Positions 58,498-64,000 of a stretch of DNA of 64,000 nt are shown piece by piece. Each line of letters opens with the position of its first letter. The first letter of the stretch is position 1. Below the pieces are notes generated by a model. It did not search any database, was not told the origin of the DNA, and was given only the letters and a program-made list of their open reading frames with translations. The stretch comes from an uncultured Fimbriimonadaceae bacterium. Its GTDB lineage: Bacteria > Armatimonadota > UBA10988. Location: contig CAZHGD010000013.1 of assembly GCA_964531735.1 (NCBI GenBank), forward strand, positions 12,510 to 76,509, in the 5' to 3' direction. A program made the position numbers and the translations under genes.

Positions 58498-59691
58498 ATG
58501 AAGGATGCCGAACTCGTTGCACTAGTGGAGCAGGGGCTGGACCAGGGCGGGGGCATCCTGCGCCTGGCGCCGTGTTGGGTGCCGCGCTCGTTCCTGATGC
58601 CGGGGCGACGGTTGAAACTGCATCCCAACGACATCTACGCACTCGGGTCGCACCGCGGCGGCATCGATGAGCGTTGGCTGTCGTCGGTCACCAACGCCGA
58701 CAACGGCCCGGGCACGCCCGACGACGAGGGCCTGAGCTACGTCGACGTGAGTGGCCAGCGCCTGCTGCTGCGTGACGCGGTGGGCCTGGTCGGGCAGCGG
58801 CTGCTCGGCGCCGAGGCCATGGCCGAGCACGGCGGCTGGGCGATGCTCTGCAAGTTCTTCGACAACCTGGGACCCATCCCGCACCACATGCACCAGATGG
58901 ACGAGCACGCCGAGAACGTCGGCAAGATGGGCAAGCCCGAAGCTTACTACTTCCCGCCGCAGCTCAACTTCATCGAGAACAACTTCGCCCACACCTACTT
59001 CGGCCTGGAGCCGGGCACCACCAAGAACCAGGTGATCGACTGTCTCCAGCGCTGGGACGAGGGCGACAACGGCATCCTCCAGCACGCCAAGGCGTACAAG
59101 CTGACGCCGGGCACCGGGTGGGACGTGCCGGCCGGCATCCTGCACGCGCCCGGCTCGTTGGTGACCTACGAGCCGCAGCGGGCCTGCGATGTATTCGGTA
59201 TGTTCCAGAGCCTGGTCGAGGGCCGGCCGGTGCCGCGCGAACTGCTGACCAAGGACGTGCCCGAGGACAAGTGGTACGACTGGGACTATCTGGTCTCGAT
59301 GCTCGACTGGGACGCCAACGTCGATCCGGAATTCGGCGCGCACCGGTTCTGTCCGCCGGTCCCCGTCGGCGGGCCCGGCATGGGCGACGACCTCGGCTTC
59401 CAGGAATCCCGTGTGGTCTACGGCAGCCCGCACTACAGCGCCAAGGAGCTGACTGTGCTGCCGGGCCGCCAGGTCACCATCCATGATGAGGCGGCCTATG
59501 GCTTCATCCTGATGCAGGGCCACGGGACGATGAACAAGCTGCCCGTGGAGACGCCGGCGATGATCCGCTACGGGCAGATGACCTGGGACGAGGGCTTCGT
59601 CTCGGTCGAAGCGGCGCGTGGCGGCGTCACCATCCAGAATCTCAGCGAGGTCGACCCGCTGGTCATGCTGAAGCACTTCGGCCCGGCCTGA
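58498..59691 (+). CDS. Cupin-type sugar isomerase-like protein (weak resemblance to type I phosphomannose isomerase); function uncertain
   Basis: AGGAGGAG RBS. 397 aa. HHMHQMDEH and ILHAPGS blocks loosely match the PMI metal-ligand regions. Confidence 0.5.
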   Translation: MKDAELVALVEQGLDQGGGILRLAPCWVPRSFLMPGRRLKLHPNDIYALGSHRGGIDERWLSSVTNADNGPGTPDDEGLSYVDVSGQRLLLRDAVGLVGQRLLGAEAMAEHGGWAMLCKFFDNLGPIPHHMHQMDEHAENVGKMGKPEAYYFPPQLNFIENNFAHTYFGLEPGTTKNQVIDCLQRWDEGDNGILQHAKAYKLTPGTGWDVPAGILHAPGSLVTYEPQRACDVFGMFQSLVEGRPVPRELLTKDVPEDKWYDWDYLVSMLDWDANVDPEFGAHRFCPPVPVGGPGMGDDLGFQESRVVYGSPHYSAKELTVLPGRQVTIHDEAAYGFILMQGHGTMNKLPVETPAMIRYGQMTWDEGFVSVEAARGGVTIQNLSEVDPLVMLKHFGPA

Positions 59692-59717
59692 CGCAAACGT
59701 CGGGAAGGACCGTCCCG

Positions 59718-59762
59718 CAGGCTCCCGAACCACCGCAACACGCGGTTGGCGCGGGAGCCTGC
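59718..59762 (+). promoter_or_regulatory. RBS-sequestering hairpin immediately upstream of the GH gene start
   Basis: GCAGGCTCCCG ... CGGGAGCCTGC is an 11-bp perfect stem with a nested ACCGC/GCGGT stem. The right arm contains GGGAG 6 nt before the ATG at 59764, and CTCCC in the left arm pairs with it. Preceded by a second small hairpin CGGGAAGGACCGTCCCG (59701-59717). Confidence 0.45.
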
Positions 59763-59763
59763 G

Positions 59764-62700
59764 ATGTCTCTGTGGTGGTGCCTGGTTCCGTTGCTGTCCT
59801 TGGCCCCGGCGAATGAGCTGCCGGAATCGCTGCTGCTCAACGGGTCATACGTTGGCACGCACGGGTGGAGCATCTATGGCGGCCAACTGGCCGACCGAGC
59901 GGGCGGCGGGCGCTGCCTGCGGCTGAACGGCCGCGGCAGTGCCAGCCAGGATATCGACGTCGAGCAGCCGGGCACCTACTCGGTCGCTGTGGACTTGCGC
60001 GTGACGGACGTCCGGGCCGTGGGCGGACCGGGCTATGCTTACGCCGCCGTCTACCAGCTCGACGCCAACGGCGAGCTCGTTGCGTTCCGTGACTTCGTCC
60101 AGTTGACCGGCACGCAGGAGTGGAAACGCTACACGTTCACGTTCCAGTCCCATCCCCTGGCGCGGACCGTCAGCATCCGCTGCGGCCTGTTCCAAGCCGA
60201 GGGCACGGCCGAGTACGCCGACTGGACGCTCGTGGCCGGTGCCCAGCCAAAGCGCGCCGACGAGGTGCGCTCGACCGGGAGCAGCCGGTCTGGTGGCACG
60301 CGCGCGGCCATCCTGAACGAGCCGGGCATGCCCGTGCGCGGAGCGGCTTCGCAGCCGGCCGTCATCCGCACCATCCTCGAGCAGGCGGGCTTCACCGTCG
60401 AGTACCTGTCGGCGGCGCAGATGGCGGACACCAGCCTGTTGCGGCCCGACCGTTTCGGCGTGGTGGTCCTGCCGACCGGGGCCAGTTTCCCCGCCGCTGC
60501 GCGTCGCGCCTGGCTCCGCTATCTGCATCGCGGCGGGTCGTTCGTCAGCCTTGGTGGCTATGCCTTCGACCATCTGGTGGCCAAGACCGACGCCGGCTGG
60601 GTCACCGAGAAGGAGCGTCTGGCCAAGGCGCTCCAGGAGGCCACTTCGCCAGAACGCTCGCTGCTGGCCGATGGTGGCTTCGAGCGCACCGAGACGGCCC
60701 CCATGGGCGGCGAGTCGCTCGACGCTCGCTGGCACCGCAACCACGAGTCCGCCGTGATCGTCAGCGAGGGCGCGGCCGAGGGGCAGCGGTGTGCCCAGGT
60801 CAGCGCAGCGCCCGGTGCCGCGGTCGACGAGCGCAAGTTCATGCTCGACCTGCCGGCGAAGCCCTGGCGCTACCGCGTCAGCGCTCGGGTGCGCACCAAG
60901 GAGGTGACTGGCCCCGGCTTTGCCTATGTGGCGCTGTACCAGTACGACGCCAACGGCAAGCTGATCAAGCATCGTGACTTCATGGTGCGGACCGGCACGA
61001 CAGACTGGACCGACGGCGGCTACGAGTTCGTGCCCGAACAGGGCGTGACTCGGCTGCACATCAAGTTCGGCCTGTACCGCGCGACGGGCACCGCCTGGTT
61101 CGACGACCTGCGGCTCTGCAACGTGACCGGTGTGGCCTACGAGCCGATCAACACGGCCATGGGTGGTCCGGGAGACGGCCTGCAACTGCAGCCGACGCAG
61201 CTTGGTGCGTTCGACCCCTCGGCGCCGCTGAAGCGTGCCGTGCGCGCCGAGACCGCGGCTGGTCAGCCGCTGGCGCAGACGCCGGTGGCCGTTGGCGGCG
61301 ACCTGCAAGGATGGATGGCCACCGGCGTGCAGGGGCAGAACAATGCCCGTTGGGTGCCGATCCTCGAGACGCGCGACCGGTACGGCCGACCGCGTGGCGC
61401 CGCCGCAGCGTTCCTGCTGCACTACGGTGGCTACTTCGCCGGTTCGCGCTGGGCGTACTTCGGCATCGACAATCGTGACCTGTTCAGCGATGCCGCCTCC
61501 CCGGCGGCGCGCCTGCTGGGCGAGGTCGCCCGCAACGTGGCGCGCGCGCCGTTCCTGCACAACCTGGCGTGTGAGCAGGCGTTCCACCGTCCAGGCGAGA
61601 CGGTCAAGGTGAGTTGCGCGGTGGCGGTGGCGGAGGCATTGCCGGCCGGCAGCGCGGTCCGGTTTGCGGCCGGTCCGGCCGATGCGCCAGCTCGCGTCAC
61701 CGGCACCACCAAGCTGGTCGGCAGTGACGCGCAGGCGGCTCAGTGGCAGTTCCAGGTGCCGAACGACGCGGTCGGCAGTTGGCAGGTCCAGGCCACGCTG
61801 TTGGCCGGCAACCGCGAGGTGGACCGCCTGACCAGCGGCGTCGAGTTGCCGGTCGGCGCGGCCGTCGAGCAGACGCCGGAGCTGCGGTTCGAGCGCAACT
61901 CGTTCACGCTCGGCGGGCGGCCGATGTTCATCTTCGGCACCGACGACTACGGCGTCTCGTATGACTCGCCGTACCGCGGCGCCGCCACCTGGCGGCACGA
62001 GATGCAAGCGATGCGTGACATCGGGCTGGATCTCTACGAGAACCTGCAGTACACGCATCCCAACCACGCCATGGCCGACCAGGACTGGCGGCGGTTCGAC
62101 GCGGTGGCGCAACTGACTCAGCGCTTCGGGCTGATCTTCATGCCGGGCATCCTGATCGGGCACAACGTGGTCTGTGACGACGCGGAGTTGCAGCGGCAGA
62201 GCGCGCTGTGCCGCGCCTACGCCGAGCGCCTCGGCCGCACACCGGCGCTGCTGTGGTACATCAACGGCGACTACCAACTGACCCCACACGAGGCCCCGGC
62301 GGTGACCAAAGCGTTGTGGGAGCGGTGGCTGCACCAGCGCTATCCGACTGCCGAACTCCTGCGGGCGGCGTGGCCTGGTGCCGAGAACGCGCCTTGGCCG
62401 GTGCCCGACACCGGCCGTTGGGACGACCGGGCGCAGATCGATCGCGCGCAGTTCTGCGGCGACCTGATGCGGCGCTGGAACGCCGCGCATGTGGCCGCCA
62501 TCCGGCAGGGCGATCCGCAGCATCCGATCACCTCGGAGTACTACCAGATGCCGTTCTACGGCATCGACCTGCGGCTGACCATCGAGGGGCAGAACGTCTC
62601 CAACATCGGGTACTTCGACCTGCCCCAGAAGGATCTCGATCTGCTGCCGCTGCGGCTGGCCTGGAACGACCTGCGGCAGCGGGGCAAGGGGATTGCCCTC

Positions 62701-64000
62701 GGCGAATACGGGGTGAAGACGCACCCGGCCTGGGCCACGAGCAACGGCGCGACGGGGTACCACATCCAGCGCACCGAGGAGGAGCAGCAGCAACTGCACC
62801 TTGGCGTGGCCGCCTACACCCTCGGCATGGGTGGTGCGAAGGTGCAGAACTGGTGCCTCAAGGACGCGGAACAGTCCGTCTTCCCCTGGGGCTTCCTCTA
62901 TCCGCAGCAGTTGCTTGCCAAAGACGCGGCGTTGACGCACCGGAACGCCTCGCTGCTCTGGCGGCATCTGGCCCCGGCCGATGAGCCCGCGCCGCTGGCC
63001 GTCTGCCTGCCCGGCCGGATGCGGGTCGGCGCACGGGAGCATCTCGGCCTCAATGCCGGCTACCGGGCCTTCGACGCCCTGCTGGGCCTGCACGCCGACT
63101 TCCGCGTGATCGATGACCACGAGGCCGGCGACCTTGGCCCCGGCCTGCGGGCAGTGGTACTGCCGGCGGCTTACGCGCTGGACGACGCCGCCTTCCAGCG
63201 ACTGACGGCCTGGGTGCGGGCTGGTGGCCACCTGCTCGTCAGCGGTGATCCCTCCTACGATGAGCTGCGGCGCCCCGCGGCGACCGACCGCCTCGCGGCG
63301 CTGTGCGGAGTCCGGCGCGTCGCCGCGCTCGGGCCGCCGGCAGAGCGTGGTCCGCAGGCGGTGTCGGTCGACCTGGGCGCGCCGGTGGGCACGACCACGC
63401 TCCGCCCCTGCGTGCGCGTTGCCGCAGCCGGCGCCGAGGTGCTTGCCGGGAGCGACGACGGCCCGGTGCTGACCCGCTACAAGCTGGGACAGGGCCAGGT
63501 GACCTACCTGACCGACCCGCTGGAACTGAGCCCGGAGAGCGAGAGCGGCGAGCCGACCCGGGCGGTGTATGCGCGCTTCCTGACCGCGGCGGGCATCGCG
63601 ACCCGCCAGGTAACGCCGAACCACCCCTGGCTGCACGCCATGGAGCGGCCGACGCGCAGCGGTCGGGTACACGTGCTCTTCGGGCGCCAGGAACTGGCTG
63701 CGGCCACCGTGCAGACCAAAGCGGGCGCGCTCACGCTGGGGCTGCGCACGCGCTGGCCGGCGCTGGCTCACCTGGGTGCCGACCGCGCGGTGCGCCTGGT
63801 CGTGGCGAGTGGCGAGGCGTCGCTGGACGGGCAGCCGCTGGCCTCACTGCGCGGCCTGCAAGGGCTGGTGGCACTGGACGGTCAGGACCTGCGCCGCTCC
63901 GAAGAGCTGCTGGTGACGCCGTTCGATGCGGGCGAGGTGCGCCTGCCGGCGCGGCCGGGACGCTACCAGATGGTGGTCGGCGACTTGGTCGGGGGCCGGT
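59764..64000 (+). CDS. Secreted multidomain glycoside-hydrolase-like protein with two CBM_4_9-like domains, a TIM-barrel core and a GH42-like C-terminal alpha/beta domain; 3' end runs off the window
   Basis: Open frame of >1410 codons from the ATG at 59764, absent from the ORF track because it has no stop. Signal peptide MSLWWCLVPLLSLAPA. Two GxFE...W CBM-like modules. LWYINGDYQLTPHE and IFMPGILIGHN TIM-barrel blocks. VLPAAYALDDAAFQRLTAWVRAGGHLLVSG resembles the trimerisation domain of GH42-family beta-galactosidases. Strong GC3. The antisense 1308-aa ORF (59845..63771) is rejected. Confidence 0.7.
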   Translation, partial: MSLWWCLVPLLSLAPANELPESLLLNGSYVGTHGWSIYGGQLADRAGGGRCLRLNGRGSASQDIDVEQPGTYSVAVDLRVTDVRAVGGPGYAYAAVYQLDANGELVAFRDFVQLTGTQEWKRYTFTFQSHPLARTVSIRCGLFQAEGTAEYADWTLVAGAQPKRADEVRSTGSSRSGGTRAAILNEPGMPVRGAASQPAVIRTILEQAGFTVEYLSAAQMADTSLLRPDRFGVVVLPTGASFPAAARRAWLRYLHRGGSFVSLGGYAFDHLVAKTDAGWVTEKERLAKALQEATSPERSLLADGGFERTETAPMGGESLDARWHRNHESAVIVSEGAAEGQRCAQVSAAPGAAVDERKFMLDLPAKPWRYRVSARVRTKEVTGPGFAYVALYQYDANGKLIKHRDFMVRTGTTDWTDGGYEFVPEQGVTRLHIKFGLYRATGTAWFDDLRLCNVTGVAYEPINTAMGGPGDGLQLQPTQLGAFDPSAPLKRAVRAETAAGQPLAQTPVAVGGDLQGWMATGVQGQNNARWVPILETRDRYGRPRGAAAAFLLHYGGYFAGSRWAYFGIDNRDLFSDAASPAARLLGEVARNVARAPFLHNLACEQAFHRPGETVKVSCAVAVAEALPAGSAVRFAAGPADAPARVTGTTKLVGSDAQAAQWQFQVPNDAVGSWQVQATLLAGNREVDRLTSGVELPVGAAVEQTPELRFERNSFTLGGRPMFIFGTDDYGVSYDSPYRGAATWRHEMQAMRDIGLDLYENLQYTHPNHAMADQDWRRFDAVAQLTQRFGLIFMPGILIGHNVVCDDAELQRQSALCRAYAERLGRTPALLWYINGDYQLTPHEAPAVTKALWERWLHQRYPTAELLRAAWPGAENAPWPVPDTGRWDDRAQIDRAQFCGDLMRRWNAAHVAAIRQGDPQHPITSEYYQMPFYGIDLRLTIEGQNVSNIGYFDLPQKDLDLLPLRLAWNDLRQRGKGIALGEYGVKTHPAWATSNGATGYHIQRTEEEQQQLHLGVAAYTLGMGGAKVQNWCLKDAEQSVFPWGFLYPQQLLAKDAALTHRNASLLWRHLAPADEPAPLAVCLPGRMRVGAREHLGLNAGYRAFDALLGLHADFRVIDDHEAGDLGPGLRAVVLPAAYALDDAAFQRLTAWVRAGGHLLVSGDPSYDELRRPAATDRLAALCGVRRVAALGPPAERGPQAVSVDLGAPVGTTTLRPCVRVAAAGAEVLAGSDDGPVLTRYKLGQGQVTYLTDPLELSPESESGEPTRAVYARFLTAAGIATRQVTPNHPWLHAMERPTRSGRVHVLFGRQELAAATVQTKAGALTLGLRTRWPALAHLGADRAVRLVVASGEASLDGQPLASLRGLQGLVALDGQDLRRSEELLVTPFDAGEVRLPARPGRYQMVVGDLVGGR

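Noticed and set aside
55558-58634. Minus-strand ORFs 55558..56853 (431 aa) and 56844..58634 (596 aa)
   Set aside because: Antisense to the TIM-barrel / oxidoreductase / TIM-barrel / Uma2 genes. All of those have strong RBSs and family motifs on the plus strand.
59845-63771. 1308-aa minus-strand ORF near the window end
   Set aside because: Antisense to the plus-strand CBM-GH gene, which has a signal peptide and coherent domains. The translation is low-complexity.
1-64000. CRISPR arrays, rRNA, integrases, transposases and phage genes
   Set aside because: I looked for short direct repeats with regular spacers, rRNA-like conserved stretches and recombinase motifs in all called proteins. None were found.

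Overview
This window is ~70% GC. The ORF track is dominated by long spurious antisense or out-of-frame ORFs with Arg/Pro/Ala-rich low-complexity translations. I called real genes from recognisable protein families, strong third-codon-position GC bias, signal peptides and RBS-like motifs. I placed starts at the most plausible ATG/GTG rather than the longest ORF, and every start is approximate.

Two large genes run off the window edges and are absent from the ORF track because they have no in-window stop: a minus-strand gene at 1..2459 and a plus-strand gene at 59764..64000.

The organism appears to be a high-GC diderm bacterium. It has an outer-membrane beta-barrel protein, an LptD-like protein, lipoproteins with a lipobox, FtsZ, and a degenerate prepilin/DUF1559-like protein. 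That mix is reminiscent of Armatimonadota or the PVC group, but this is inference only.

Gene content, in order:
- 1..6615: a secreted glycoside-hydrolase-like gene, then a divergent pair of a lipoprotein (Ca-binding-like loop) and an outer-membrane beta-barrel.
- 6618..14182, minus strand: bifunctional Rel/SpoT with unusual insertions, a GT2 glycosyltransferase, a nucleoside hydrolase, and a multi-PAS hybrid histidine kinase.
- 14249..19575, minus strand: a Gfo/Idh/MocA oxidoreductase, two small ORFs interrupted by a perfect 23-bp palindrome, a tartrate/isopropylmalate-dehydrogenase-family enzyme, HtrA, and MtnA.
- 19698..23849: a small membrane protein, then a GNAT / 604-aa hypothetical / adenosine deaminase operon with overlapping genes.
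- 23852..26528, minus strand: a membrane protein, ftsZ outside any dcw context, and a degenerate pseudopilin-like protein.
- 26724..29220: an LptD/OstA-like outer-membrane protein, a VOC/glyoxalase protein, and an orphan REC domain.
- 29223..43398: a CAZyme island with a Tat-secreted DUF4838 protein, a 1591-aa CBM+GH2-like enzyme, a beta-helix protein, a YkgJ cysteine-cluster protein and an esterase.
- 43414..47378, minus strand: the sbp-cysTWA sulfate transporter.
- 47637..51605: a membrane coiled-coil protein, a GAF/PAS histidine kinase, and a serine hydrolase.
- 51730..59691: an IclR regulator, a tandem-duplicated QueG-like Fe-S protein, then a tightly coupled TIM-barrel / Gfo-Idh-MocA / TIM-barrel module plus Uma2 and a cupin-type isomerase. 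This resembles the oxidative 3-keto-glycoside cleavage pathway.
- 59764..64000: another CBM-GH gene, partial at the 3' end.

I detected no rRNA, tRNA, CRISPR array or obvious mobile element.
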